A stretch of 64,000 nucleotides of DNA from the human T2T-CHM13v2.0 reference genome, Homo sapiens. Every line of letters begins with the position of its first letter. Position 1 is the first letter of the stretch. The position numbers were made by a program, and so were the translations under genes. The notes under the pieces were generated by a model. The model was not told the DNA's origin. It saw only the letters and a list, made by a program, of their open reading frames with translations, and did not search any database. Positions 18,344 to 38,294 of this stretch are shown here, piece by piece. The stretch is taken from NCBI RefSeq assembly GCF_009914755.1, contig NC_060943.1; one strand, 5' to 3'.

Positions 18344-21103
18344 CAATCATTGACCCATGCCTACTCCATGCCAGGCCCAGTGCTGGACACAGAGACATGA
18401 AGCTCTGTCTGTGGGAGACAGGGATTCTGACACAGACACCGGACAAACCATTGTCTTGGGGAGCCCAGAAGAGAAAGTGGGCAGGGTGGGGTCATTGGGG
18501 AAGATGCTCTAGAGGAATTAATGCTGGAATGGGGTGTTGAAGGATGAGTAGGAGTTAGTTAGGCATTGAGTTTGCCCTGGGCAAAAGCCCAGAAGTGGGA
18601 GTATGTGGTATATCTTCAGAGAACTGGGTAATTTCAGTGTGGCTGCTGTGTTGGGCATGGATGGAGAATCAGCAAGAGAAATGCTGTATTAGGACTAATA
18701 ATCCATCTACGCTGCTTAAGCAAAAAGGTATTTGTTGGTTTATGTTACTTAATAGTCCAGGGGCACCTGGCTTCAGGTAGGTTTGATCCAGGCATCAGGC
18801 CATTGCATCTATTTTTTCAGTGTAAGTTGAATTCTAGTAATTTTTATCAAGTAAGGGCTCCTTTCCTGGTGGCACAGATGACTTCAGCAGTTAGAAGTTT
18901 CTATCCCTCCAGCTTTCTGCAGCAGAAAGACCCTCATTGTCAGTTTCCCAGCAAAAGTCCCAGGGCAGACTCTCATTGGCCCAAATGGGCCATGTGATTT
19001 TCTCTAAACCAATCACTGTGACTCTAGAGTGGCCAGACTCAGAGCTGCACTTAGTAGGGGTTCCTCAAAGGAAGGTCAAGTGTCATGAGCAGGAGAAAAG
19101 GCATGGGAGCTGGACAGATTATAGTGGTTGAAGTCTGTGCAGTACAGAAGGGCGGAGCTTATTCACACAGCACCTTTGGGGCCAAAATGAATAAGCTGGA
19201 CTTTCTCCCCATGGCACTGGGGAACCATGGAAGTTCAGGGAACTTCAGGGAAGAGGCTTGGTCAATTCCTGAGAGCATCCTCTGTGCTGGGGACACAGTG
19301 GTAATCAAGACAGCCCCAACACTGCCCTCATAGAGCTCACAGTCCAATGGAGGAGGCAGATATGTCCTCAGGCAGCGACTGGGCAGGGCTGGTATAGGGG
19401 AGTCCAGAGGTGATGCCTGCCTCAGCCAGGGAGGGCTTCCTGGAGGAGAAGGAGCCAGCTAGACATGGATAGGAGTGCGTTTTAGGCACAGCAAATGGCA
19501 CATACAAGGGCCAGGGAGCAAGAGAGAGGACAGGTCCTCAACAAATGGCATGTGACTTGGTAAGTGTAGAATTGCTGTGAGGTATGGGGCTAGGGGCGTC
19601 AGTAGGGCCTTGAAGGTTATGGACAGGGGCCTGGGCTTTCTTCCAAGGGCACTGGGGGAGCCATGGCAAGGTTGTAGGTAGGGTAGAGATGGGCGGGTTT
19701 GTGCTATGTGCAGGGTGGAAGGGAGGGAAGTTGACAGGTCAGAAGATCAGGAAAGAGGTCGGGGCTGGACAGATGGGGAGAGCGCAGATAGATTTAAGAG
19801 AGTCCTGTGAGGCAAAGTGGGCAGGACCTGGTAACAGGTGTCTGGACTGTGGCTTTGGCTGGCTCAGAAGGTCCCCACTGGCGTGTGTGGTCTATGTAGC
19901 CTCTGGGTGTGGAGCTGGGATCTTCAACTGGGGACAGTACAGTAAAGAACATCACAGCATCTCACAGGTTCTGCATACCTTAATGTTTAGAATCTCTCCT
20001 AACCTTCCTTGTAGTAATCTCCCTGGGAACTTTTGGGGACATCCCTAGGCCTCAATTTCCCCTCTGTAAAACAGAGGGCAGATTGAACTACAAGGGCCCT
20101 TAATCTCTGTGACTCTTGAGGTTTGAAAAAGCACCTTAGGTTCCTGAGGGCTTTGTCGGTTCTTCCATTTACTCCCACCTCACTTTTTTTTTTCCCTAAA
20201 ACGTTTGTCTTTTGGGGCCCACCGACTGTGTCCTTGTTAACGTAGACATTGGCCTGTTTGACTGGGTGGAGGTGATTGACGTGCCCAACACCCAATGCAT
20301 GTTCAGCTACTGCTTGACTTCTATTAACTCTTCTCCCTCCACCAATTGCTCTACCACACCTCTTTCCTGTTCCTTCCTGGGACTGAGTTCTCCAAAAGGC
20401 CTATCCCTAAAGACTTCATGGGGATGCTCAGACTCACAGATTGGAGAGGGAAACAGCTTGGTCAAAGACATTGAGGTGGGAATTGGAGGGTGTCAGGTGT
20501 GAAAGAATCAGAGGAGTAATGGGGAAAGAACTGGAAAGGTGAGCCTCCAGCAAATGGTATGCATTTCAGTGTGGCCTTGAGTTGCAAAATAACAGAAAAG
20601 CTTTCTAGGAGAAATGGGGAGCCATGGCAGGTTCTTGAGAAAGTAAGGGACTGGCAGCAGCTACAGAGGGATGAAGTCAGACGGGACAGAAGGAGGCCAC
20701 TGAGAAGCAGAATATAGGTAGATGTGACGAGCTGCATGGGAGGTCTCAAAACTGGAGACCGTTGGGCTAAATTCAAGTTTCAGACATTTCGTTTGGCTGC
20801 ATTCCTCCCCAGCGTGGACCTCGTGTTTGAGATCTGAGCATGACTAATTCAAAGCCATAGTTGGAAAGGGCCCATGCTTTGGGTGAGTGACACTGGGCTC
20901 AGTGTCTCTCTGGGTCTCAGATTCCCCATAGAGCCTTCTAATTTTTGGACTAGATTCTGTGACCTAACTTTGCCTCATTTTAGACCCGGGATAAGACATG
21001 TTTAGTACATGCCTAGACAGGACAAACCACTCTGAGACCACACAGTGGCCAATTGCACGTCCTCCCTCAATAACTATCGCACAAAGCTAAGGCCACCAAT
21101 GCT

Positions 21104-21109
21104 TTTATT
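21104..21109 (-). terminator. CKM: CKM poly(A) signal AATAAA
   Basis: TTTATT on the + strand about 315 nt after the CKM stop codon. Confidence 0.85.
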
Positions 21110-21424
21110 TATCGCTTTGCGTGGAGACAAAGCACAAGCTCCGAGTGTGCTGGGAGCTCTCCATTAACTAGAGCTCCTGGTTGGGGTGGAGCTCTGGGAA
21201 AAGAAGAGGACCCTGCCAGGGAGATATTTCATTGGCCAGAATCCAGAGGATGGAGCCCATTGGTTGGAACTCTGGTTGAAACTGGAACTCTGAGAAGGGT
21301 GGAGAGAGCCCCCAGGTGGGACTCTGGGACAGGGGGCGGGGCGAGGAGTGAGGGAGCAGGACTCTGGTGGGCCAGGCCCTCCCACTGGCTGGGTTCCAGC
21401 AGTCGGTGGCAGGTGGGCAGGCGC

Positions 21425-21603
21425 CTACTTCTGGGCGGGGATCATGTCGTCGATGGACTGGCCTTTCTCCAACTTCTTCTCCATTTCCACCATGAGCTTC
21501 ACACCATCCACCACCAGCTGCACCTGTTCTACTTCGGACGAGCCCAGCCGATCAGCGTTGGACACGTCAAATACTGAGCCCACGGCAGCTGTGTCCACGC
21601 CAC
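21425..21603 (-). CDS. CKM: CKM exon 8 coding part ([58 protein letters not shown])
   Basis: cag|GT acceptor at 21604/21603; TAG stop at 21427-21425. Confidence 0.96.
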
Positions 21604-22135
21604 CTGTGGGAGCAAGGGACAGGGGCGTGAAGAGGCAGCGAAGGTGCAGAGGGGCTGGGACGTGGCCCCCGTGCCAAATGCAACAGCCGCATGTAGTGAG
21701 TGCCTACTGTGTAACAGGTTACCTGCACACAGGTAATGCCTGTTCATTCGTGAGCTCACGAGTCTCTGACTTCAGATGGGGTACCACGCCACTCAGTTAT
21801 CAAACATAGTATAGTGGGTAAGAGAGTGGGTTCTGGAGCCAGGCGGCCTAGGGTCGAATCCTGACCACTCCTCGCTTTATAAATGGGGAAACTGAGGCCC
21901 CGAGGGAGGTCCAAGGGCATGTGCAATGCATATTATATAATCATGAAAATCCCACATTGACTCCTATCACATAGGCATATTGACACCCATTTTACAGAGG
22001 AAGAAATGCAAGCTCACAGAGGGTCAGCCCTTGCCGGATCCCCAGAACTCGCAGGGATGTCGCACCTCTCCTTGCATCCCTGCAAAGGGCCCTCGCTCCC
22101 CCTCCGTCGTGGTGCAAAGGATGTGGGAGCCGTAC

Positions 22136-22325
22136 CTGTACCCCTCTTCTGCAGACGCAGGCGGGTGAGGATCTCCTCGAACTTGGGGTGCTTGCTCAGG
22201 TGCGCCAGCTTCACATGCACGCCTCCACGCAGCCCAGTGCCCAGGTTGGATGGGCAGGTGAGCACGTAGCCCAGGTGCTGGTTCCACATGAAGGGGTGGC
22301 CAGCTTTCTTAAAGATCTCCTCAAT
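22136..22325 (-). CDS. CKM: CKM exon 7 (190 nt), containing the active-site TCPSNLGTG motif
   Basis: AG/GT boundaries; phosphagen kinase signature CPSNLGT. Confidence 0.97.
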
Positions 22326-22509
22326 CTGAGGTTCAGAGAGAGGACCAGGGGTCAGCGCCGGCAGGCACCCCCAAATGCACCCGCAACATGGACAGGGTCC
22401 GGAGGGACAGGGCGTGGGAACGTGGTGGAGGTGGGATTCTGAGGGGAACAGGGAGGTAGGAGATTCCGAGGGTGCTGGCTAGACAATGGGGACCAAGGCA
22501 GGATTTTGA

Positions 22510-22731
<222 letters not shown>

Positions 22732-22850
22732 TAGAGACGGGGTTTCACCATGTTGGCCAGGCTGGTCTTGAACTCCTGACCCTCCTCAGCCTCCCAAAGT
22801 GCTGGGATTACAGGCGTGAGCCACCGCTCCCGGCCTGAAGGCGGATCCTT

Positions 22851-23045
22851 ACGGGCGGGGCTTGGGCATAGGGTGGAGCTGGGTCCAGGGGCGGGGCCCT
22901 GAAAAGCGGGTGGGGCTAGTTTTGGGGGCGGGGTTTGGCATGGGGTGGAGCCAGGTCCGGGGGGCAGGGCCCTGGAAAATGGGTGGGGCAGGGCTTAGTA
23001 TAGGGGAAGGGGCGGGGCCTCGGAAAGCAGGTGGGGCGTTCAAGG
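22851..23045 (+). repeat. G-rich degenerate repeat (GGGCGGGG units, about 70-bp duplication) in CKM intron 6
   Basis: Many G3-G6 runs; two similar blocks gggcgggg..ggcat.gggtggagc..ggtcc.gggg..gggccctg.aaa. Confidence 0.7.
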
Positions 23046-23082
23046 TGGAGTCAGAAGTCAGCAGCTAAGGGCAGACACCCAC

Positions 23083-23206
23083 CTTCTGCAGCCCTACGCA
23101 GAAGCGGCGGAAAACCTCCTTCATGTTGCCCCCCTTCTCCATGGAGATGACCCGGAGGTGATCCTCCTCGTTCACCCACACCAGGAAGCTCTTGTTGTCA
23201 TTGTGC
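23083..23206 (-). CDS. CKM: CKM exon 6 (124 nt), [41 protein letters not shown]
   Basis: AG/GT boundaries; catalytic NEEDH motif. Confidence 0.97.
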
Positions 23207-23619
23207 CTAGAGTAAGGTGCCGCAGCAAGAGGCCAAGGTGTCAGCCCCGTGGGAACCCCATTCCCAGCCCTCCCCCAAAACATCTGCCCACCGATGGGGG
23301 AAGAGGGCCTGAGGGGTGGGAGGTGGGTGGCATCTGCCTCCTCAAAACGCAGAAGCTTAAACCTGTAGACTCTAATGTCACAGGATCTGCAAAACGCTGA
23401 ATCCTGGGATCAAGGACTTTTAGGGACTTAAGTCTTTGAACAGTATTATTATAGATCCTTGGGATCTCAGGATGTTTGACAAACAGAAGCTTGGGATCAG
23501 AACTGATAACACTTGGAAATCCTACATCTGGTTTCAGGACCAGAAAATCTTCCCATCGTAGTGTGTTAGCTCCCAATCCTAGCATCTCAGAAGCAGGATC
23601 TTAGAACATAAAATATTAA

Positions 23620-26319
<2,700 letters not shown>

Positions 26320-26424
26320 TAATTACGTATATGGCCTTGGTTTTGGTGGAGGAGTGAGGAGGGCCGTTGCAGGACTGGAGGAGGCTGGGGGAAGAGGAAG
26401 CCAGGGGGCGGGGAGGGGCCTCAC

Positions 26425-26596
26425 CAGATGCCACGGGCGTCGGGCCAGTCGCGGGCCATGCCTGAGGCCAGCAGCAGCGGGGACACGGGCTTGTCGAACA
26501 GGAAGTGGTCATCGATGAGCTGCTGCTGCTCCTTCTCCGTCATGCTCTTCAGAGGGTAGTACTTCCCTTTGAACTCGCCCGTCAGGCTGTTGAGAG
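26425..26596 (-). CDS. CKM: CKM exon 5 (172 nt), [15 protein letters not shown]...DWPDARGI(W)
   Basis: atag|CT acceptor and TG|gtgag donor. Confidence 0.97.
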
Positions 26597-27117
26597 CTAT
26601 GGGGACACACGAGGGAGTGGTCAGCAGCCTGTCCCACCTCAACCAGGGTGTGGAGGCCCAGGGTTTCCCCTGCTGCTGCTCCTAACGGGCCTGGGCCTTG
26701 GCCCCCTGGATGTCCTAAAGGCACCTGAACCCTGTGTCTAAACCCACACTTGTGACGGCTCCCCAAAATCTGTTCCTGCCATCTGTCCAGGCCCCCAGGA
26801 ATGGCCACCCCATGTGCTCAATCTGGAAAACAGACCCACCTCTTCCCCTGAGGGACCCTCACATCCAATCCACCTGCAGGCCACAGTGTGCTGGTGCCTG
26901 CTCCTAATGGCTGGCAACACAGATGGCTGAAGTCTCAGGACTTTGAGAGGCCATTAGTAAAAATTATTATAAAGTAGAATGGTAGCCAGGTGCACTGGCA
27001 CGAGCCTGTAGTCCAGATACTGGGGAGGCTGAGGCAGGAGGATCACTTAAGCCCAGGAGTTCGAGTCCAGTCTGGGTAACATAGCAAGACCCCCATCTTT
27101 TTTTTTTTTTTTTATGA

Positions 27118-27276
<159 letters not shown>

Positions 27277-27766
27277 TAGTAGAGACGGGGTTTCTCCACT
27301 TGGGCGCCTGGCCCAAGACCCCAATCTTTAAAAAAAAAAAAATTGTAGGCTGGGCGCAGTGGCTCATGCCTATAATCCCAGCACTTTGGGAGGCCAAGGC
27401 AGGCAGATCACTTGAGGTCAGGATTTTGAGACCAGCCTGGCCAACATGGTGAAACCCCGTCTCCACTAAAAATACAAAAATTAGTCGGCCATGGTGGCAC
27501 ACGCCTGTAATCCCAGCTACTCAAGAGGCTGAGGCACGAGAATCACTTGAACCCAAGAGGTGGAGGTTGCAGTGAGCTGAGATTTTGCCACTGCACTCCA
27601 GCCTGGGTGACAGAGTGAGATTCTGTCTAAAAAAAAAAAAAAGAAAAAAAATTGTGTGTTTATTTGTATATTCATGTATAAAATATGTGTATAATGAATT
27701 TGTGTTTGTGCATATGTACAATAAATCTATAATATTTATATATCTTATACATATTCATATAATATA

Positions 27767-29369
<1,603 letters not shown>

Positions 29370-29372
29370 TGA

Positions 29373-29489
<117 letters not shown>

Positions 29490-30140
29490 TGATCCTCCCA
29501 CCTCAGTCTCCTGAGTAGCTGGGATGACAGGTGTGTGCCACCACTCCTGGCTCATTTTTGTATTTTTTGTAGAGACAGGGTCTTGCTGTATTGCCCAGTC
29601 TGGTCTTGAACTCCTGGGCTCAAGCGACCCTCCCTCCTAGGCCTCCCGCACTGCTGTGGGAGCCACTGTGCCCGGCCTCAACTCCTCCTATCTGAGGTGG
29701 CTCCCCTCGGTCATTCTCCACCACACCCATGTCTTGGCTTCATGGCACTTTTGAATTATCTTGTTCATCTGTGGGTTTCTGTATTTCCTCTTGTCTCCCC
29801 ACCAGCTGAACACTCTGTGAGAACAGTGAGGGACCCCTATCTCCCCACACAGGGCAAGAACCCCTGGAAATGTGTGCTGGATGAACGGATGGCAGGACGC
29901 TGGGGGCAGCCAGGTGTCTGCGTAGGTCTTCTCAGGGGCCGTCGGGTCTGGACAGCATCCCTGAATCTCCAACACAGCAGGTAATGCTGACAGCCCGCGC
30001 CATTCCCCAAGCCCCCACGATTTACCAAGCTCTTCCCCTACTTTGGAAAGCGGGGGCCCAAAGAGACCCGAGGACCTGCCCATGGAGGAACAGAGCCAGG
30101 GCTGGGTGACCCCAGCAGTGGACGGGGTAGGGGCGCTCAC

Positions 30141-30676
<536 letters not shown>

Positions 30677-31006
30677 TAGGTATATGCCACCATGTTCGGC
30701 TAACTTAAAATAAATTTTTTATAAATAGAGACAGGGACTGGGCGCGGTGGCTCACACCTGTAATCCCAACACTTTGGGAAGCCGAGGTGAGCCAATCACC
30801 TGAGGTCAGGAGTTCGAAACCAGCTTGGCCAACATGGTGAAACCCCATTTCTACTAAAAATACAAAAATTAGCTGGGCGTGGTGGTGCGCGCCTGTAATC
30901 CCAGCTACTCAGGAGGCTGAGGCACGAGAATCACTTGAACCTGGGGATCAGGGGTTTCCGTGAGCTGAGATCGAGCCACTGCACTCCAACCTGGGTGACA
31001 GAGTGA

Positions 31007-31147
<141 letters not shown>

Positions 31148-31613
31148 TAGCTAAATTTTTAGGCTTTTTTTTTTCTTTTTTTTGGGCAGAGACGGGTTCT
31201 TGCTATGTTGCCCAAGCTGGTCGTGAACTCTCCTGGCCTCACGTGATCCTCACACCTCAGCCTCCATAAGTGCTGGGATTACAGGTATAGCCACTGCACC
31301 CAGCCTTTCTGCCCATTTCTGTTTCTCTTCCTGTCTCCCTTTCTCCCACTCTCCTTGTCTGTGTCTGACTGCAACTGCGTGTGTCTCTCTCTCCCTGTCT
31401 CTCCTGCCTTCTCTGATGCTCCCTTCTGTCTCCCTCTGTGTCTCTGCCTCTCCCCCCACCCTTTTTTTTTTAGGCAGAGTCTCGCTCTGTCACCCAGGCT
31501 GAATAGCTAGGATTATAGGTGAACACTAGCATGCCTAGCTAATTTTTGTATTTTTAGTAGAGACTGGGTTTCACCGTGTTGGTCAGGCTGGTCTCGAACT
31601 CCTGACCTTATGA

Positions 31614-32207
<594 letters not shown>

Positions 32208-32513
32208 TAAGGTGATCTGCCCGCCTTGGCCTCCCAAAGTGCTGGGATTACAGGCGTGAGCCACCGCCGTGCCCAGCCCTTTTTTTTTTTTTTAAAGACA
32301 GAGTTTTGCCATGTTGGCCAGGCTGGTCTTGAACTCCTGACCTCAAGTGATACGCTCACCTCAGCCTCCCAATGTCCCTCTCTCTTTCCATCTCTCTGCT
32401 TCTCCACACCTCTGTGTCTCTCTCTGTCTCTGTATTTCTCTGTCTCCCCCCATTTCTCCTGTGATCTCTCTCCTCCTCACCCCTCGGCCCTCCCCTCCTG
32501 CGCAGACACCGAC

Positions 32514-32668
32514 CTTGAGGTTTTCATGGTTGAGGTCAGTCTTGTGCTTGTCAGTGGGTTTGTAGCCCCCGTGGCGATCCGAGATGATGGGGTCAAAGAG
32601 TTCCTTGAAAACTTCGTAGGACTCCTCATCACCAGCCACGCAGCCCACGGTCATGATGAAGGGGTGAC
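32514..32668 (-). CDS. CKM: CKM exon 3 (155 nt), [20 protein letters not shown]...HENLK
   Basis: cag|GT acceptor and AAG|gtcgg donor. Confidence 0.97.
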
Positions 32669-33513
32669 CTGGAGGGGTGGGGGTGAGGTCAGAGCTGCTT
32701 GTCCCCAGCAAACAGGGCGTGGGCTTGTGGGCTCAGTGGAGCCTGTGTGGACATGTGTGTCGGGATGGGGGCGGGTACATTCAATACCTCTGGGTGGGAA
32801 TTGAGAATCATAAGGGTTGGGCACAGTGGCTCATGCCTGCAATCCCAGCACTTTGGGAGGGTGAGGCGGGTGAATCTCTTGAGGTCAGGAGTGTGAGACC
32901 AGCCTGGCCAACAGGGTGAAACCCCATCTCTGCTAAAAATACAAAAATTAGCTGGGTGTGGGGCACACACCTGTAATCCCAGCTACTCAGGAGGCTGAGG
33001 CATGAGAATTGCTTGAACCAAGGGAGTGGAGGTTGCAGTGAGCCAAGATCACACCACTGCACTCCAGCCTGGGTGACAGAGCAAGACTCTGTCTCCAAAG
33101 GAAAAAAAAAAAAAGAGAGAACACTGAGGACTGGTGGGAACTGGGAGGGAAGGCTGGGAGAGGTCAAGGTGGCTGGGAGGGGTCAAGGTGGGAGAGAAGA
33201 AAGAGTGCTGGGGGCGGGGTCAAAGGAGAAAGGGGAGCTTCAGAGGGTACATGGTGCTAAAAGCATCAGCACCTCGGAAACATTAGCACCCAAAGTCATG
33301 ACATCTTAGCCTGAAATGTTAGGATCTCAGGCTACCACCGTACCACAGAGGGTCAGGAGGGTAAGAGACTTGAAAGACCCTCTTGTTTCCCAGTGGAAAA
33401 ACAGGGGCCAGGAGAGAGGGGCTTCTCCCCGGCATCACACAGTGAGCTGGATGTGAGGGGCACTAGAGCCTCCCCTCCACTCCCAGCTCTCTTCGCCTTG
33501 CAATGTCCTTTGA

Positions 33514-33969
<456 letters not shown>

Positions 33970-34209
33970 TGAACCGACCTCCTTGGGGATCTCACATTAT
34001 TCTCGTGCATGTTTATTGCGTGGTTTGCTGAGTACCTCGCACTGTCCCAAGCCTTTATGTATATTAATGCATTGATTCCCACAACAGCCCCATTTTACAG
34101 ATGAGAAAACTGAGGCCCCCCCCCCTTCAAGGGTGGTGGGATTGGGGCATGGCCGGCAGCCTCCAGAGCCCCCATGTAGCCCCTTCAGTGCTCCACTGGG
34201 GAGGCTCAC

Positions 34210-35066
<857 letters not shown>

Positions 35067-35575
35067 TGAGCCACTGTGCCCCGCCTAGCTCGCATCTTGC
35101 AGACAGCAGCAAGAGAACTGGGCAAGGCGTTGGGGTCAGGCAGGCTGTGTAACTTGGAGCAAGAGAAATCCTCTCTCTGAGCCCCTGTGTCTCAGCAGGA
35201 AGGCATCCGGAGTCTTAGATCAAGGGCCTGGCTCTGCCGTATCCCAGTTGGGTGAGCCTGGACTAGTCATTCTTGCTGGAAACTCAATTTCCCCAGGTGG
35301 AAAACGGGCCCCTCCCGGAGGCTGGAAAAATATTTTGTGTGGGTAAGAGTGTAGGTTCTGGAATCAGCCCAGGGTTTGATTCCCAGCTCTGCTACCTACA
35401 ACCAGCTGTGTGGCCAGGGGCAAGTTGCTTAACCTCTGTGCCTCAATTTACTCATCTAGAAAATGAGGATCCTAACAGCACTTGCCGCATGGGAGTGTTG
35501 AAAAGATTAAATGTGTGAATACAGGTGTAGCTCTCGGAACAGTGCCTGGTACACAATAAGCATTATTTCACTTAG

Positions 35576-35713
<138 letters not shown>

Positions 35714-36639
35714 TGAGTAGCTGCAACTACAGGCGTGTGCCACACCTGGCTATTTTTTTTTTTGGTATTTTTAGTAGAGTTGGGGTTTCGCCATGTTGGC
35801 CAGGCTGGTCTTGAACTCCTGAACTCAAGTGATCCGCCCACCTCTGCCTCCCAAAGTGCTGAGATTACAGGCATGAGTCACGGCACCTGGCCTGTTGTTG
35901 TTATTTTAAAGGTTCGTGCGAGGAGCTGGTGAGAAGGTGGAGGTGAGGGTGCTGCTGGGAGTATGTGAGCAGGTTCTTGGATTATCAATCCAAAGACAAA
36001 GGGCTGGGTCGGGGGAGGGCTGGGTAGCTGCCCCCACCTCTGCCTGCTGACAGTTCTCCCACAGGGCTCAGAAGGGAAGAAAAGCTCAGCCTCTGGGTCG
36101 TCAGAGGCAGGTTCAAATCCCACCTATGCCATTTCCCTGCTGTGTGACCCCAGGCCAGTCACTAGGCCTCTCTGGACCTCTGTCTCCTGTGAACTGAGCC
36201 TGCCCCGTAGGATTGCCAGGATCCTCTGAGCTTGGCCATGAGGTTGGCTGAGCACAGGCCCTGGCATGGAGTTGGAGCCTGGAACCCTGGTGGCTGCTAT
36301 TATTGTTATTTGTTATTACTACTTTTTTGCAGAGATGGGGTCTCACTATGTTGCCCAGGCTGGTCTGGGACTCCTGGCCTCAAGTGATCCTCCAGCATCG
36401 GCCTCCCAAGATGCTGGGATTATGCGTGTGAGCCACTGCGCCAGGTCCTACTGTTATTATTATTTTATTCACTGGACCCAGAAAGGAGAAGGGACCCAGA
36501 AAGGAGAAGGGGCCTCCAGCAGCGGTGGGAGACGGGGATGGGAAGCAGGTGGGATTGTGGGAGGGAGATTGGGACCACGGTGAGCTGAAGCCAGGGAAGA
36601 GGAACAGGGACCCGCCAAAGACCTTGGGTGCTGCTGTCC

Positions 36640-36700
36640 AGGGTGGTTATTTTTAGAATCTGGCAACTGCCTGCCATCCCACCCCCAGCTGCTGCCCCGC
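36640..36700 (-). promoter_or_regulatory. CKM intron-1 enhancer (MCK small intronic enhancer-like): MEF2 site plus two E-boxes
   Basis: CTAAAAATAA (-) at 36647-36656, CAACTG 36664-36669, CAGCTG 36686-36691, about 900 nt into the gene. Confidence 0.8.
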
Positions 36701-37509
36701 CCCACCCCCACATTCCGGGGCTCGGCTTGCACCAAGTCAGCAGGCCCAAGACAGGTGGGCCAGGGTGGCTGGGAGGACACGGGTCCAGGCCTCGGGGCTC
36801 AAGGACATCCTGGGATGGCAGCCCAGACCCCCTCCCTTCAGAGGTTGCCCCCCTAATCCCTGCCAGGGACACCCCAGGAGAGGGCACTGAGGCAGGGTGG
36901 TGACCCCCCCCACAAGAGACATAAGCAGAAAGCCCCAGAGCCACACACCCCCACCACCGCAGACTCCCCAGATCACACTGTAAACTAAGTCACACAGTCA
37001 CACTTCCAAACTCAAGGACATGCCCAGGACACTCATGTGTCCGCTACTAAGTCAGAAACAAGGTCACAGGGACCCACACAGTAGCAAACGCAAAGAAAGC
37101 CTGCGACACCTGCTCTTGCAGACTCTGCTAGGCGACAGACACACCTCCCACGGCTTGTGGCGCCAGTGTTGGCGACAAACTGTAATGAACACAGGCCTGG
37201 CTCAACAGCCCCTTGCAGGGGGTGACAGTTGGCAGCTGTCAGGACCCCTTTCATCTCGGATCCCTCCCCATAACCCAAGACTTGTGCCGCAGAAATCACA
37301 GGTCCCAGTGGGGGGTTCAGGCAGCCTCACAGATGGAGGGGCCTCCCAGACACACAAGGGTCAACCTTCCCACGCACCGACCTGCCTTTGTATAGGAGGA
37401 TGTTGGTGGAGCAAGGGGTGACACACAGACCCTTTCCCAAGCCAAGCCTCTAGCACCCACAGAAATCCCCTACTCTGGCCCCCACCCAGATTCCCGCCCC
37501 GTGCAGTAC

Positions 37510-37565
37510 CTGGCTGGGCTGGGCTGAAGGGGGGCTGTCTGTATCCTGGAGGTGACACTGACCCA
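37510..37565 (-). other. CKM: CKM non-coding exon 1 (5' end approximate)
   Basis: CAG|gtactg donor at 37510/37509; TATA box about 25-30 nt upstream. Confidence 0.85.
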
Positions 37566-37585
37566 AAGGAAGGGCCAGCAGCCGT

Positions 37586-37840
37586 GGCCTTATATAGGGG
37601 GACCTAGGCTGTGCTATTGGCTGGGAGGGGTTGTCCCCAGGGAGGAGTTCTGGAGGGCAGCTGAGCCTCTCACCTCCCTGCTCCCGCACCATACCCACCC
37701 TGAACCCAGGCATGCTTTGCGCCCAGCCCCATGGCCTTGTATGGGCTGAGCCGCCCCAGGGGCTGGGCTCACGCCCCCCCACCAAGCTGATACCCTGACC
37801 AAGTGCTGAGTTGGGCTGGCGGTGGGGACAGCTGGCCCCC
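37586..37840 (-). promoter_or_regulatory. CKM proximal promoter: TATATAA 37590-37596, CCAAT 37616-37620, E-boxes 37658-37663 and 37829-37834, CArG-like CCATACAAGG 37735-37744
   Basis: Motifs read directly; their order matches the known MCK proximal promoter. Confidence 0.85.
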
Positions 37841-38294
37841 CGCCGGGAACATGGGACGGTGGCTGGGAACGTCCCAAGCACGTAGAAGCCACCGTCCCCT
37901 GGCCCCTGAGTCTCCTTCAGCCACCAGCCCTTCCTGTGGCCCTCGGCTCCCCCTGTGCCCCCTGGGCCCTCACCCCTACCCGAGTCCCAGCGGCACCTCG
38001 GGGAACCAAGGTGTGGCTCCAGGAGGAGCAGATACCCTGTGAGCTGGAGGAAGCAGAGGCCGGGAGAAGGACCAATTGCAATGGAGGGCAGTCTAACCCC
38101 AGAAACCCGCGCTTGGGCGCCCCTTCCTCCTAGGGACTGAGTGGAGGGGAAACTGAGGCTGGCTGAGTTGGAGAGATTCAAACTCAGGGCAAGGGTGGGA
38201 GGCGGTGGTCACCCTCCCCCCCACTTAACCCTCGCCCCCTCGGTGCCACTGGGAGATTTCCGCTGTGCGGGGGACAGGGAGGGTCTCGGTCGCC

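Larger units (their letters stand above)
17386..18365 (+). other. MARK4: MARK4 3' UTR (at least to the AATAAA signals; longer isoforms possible)
   Basis: Follows the L stop codon; AATAAA at 18016-18021 and 18338-18343. Confidence 0.7.
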
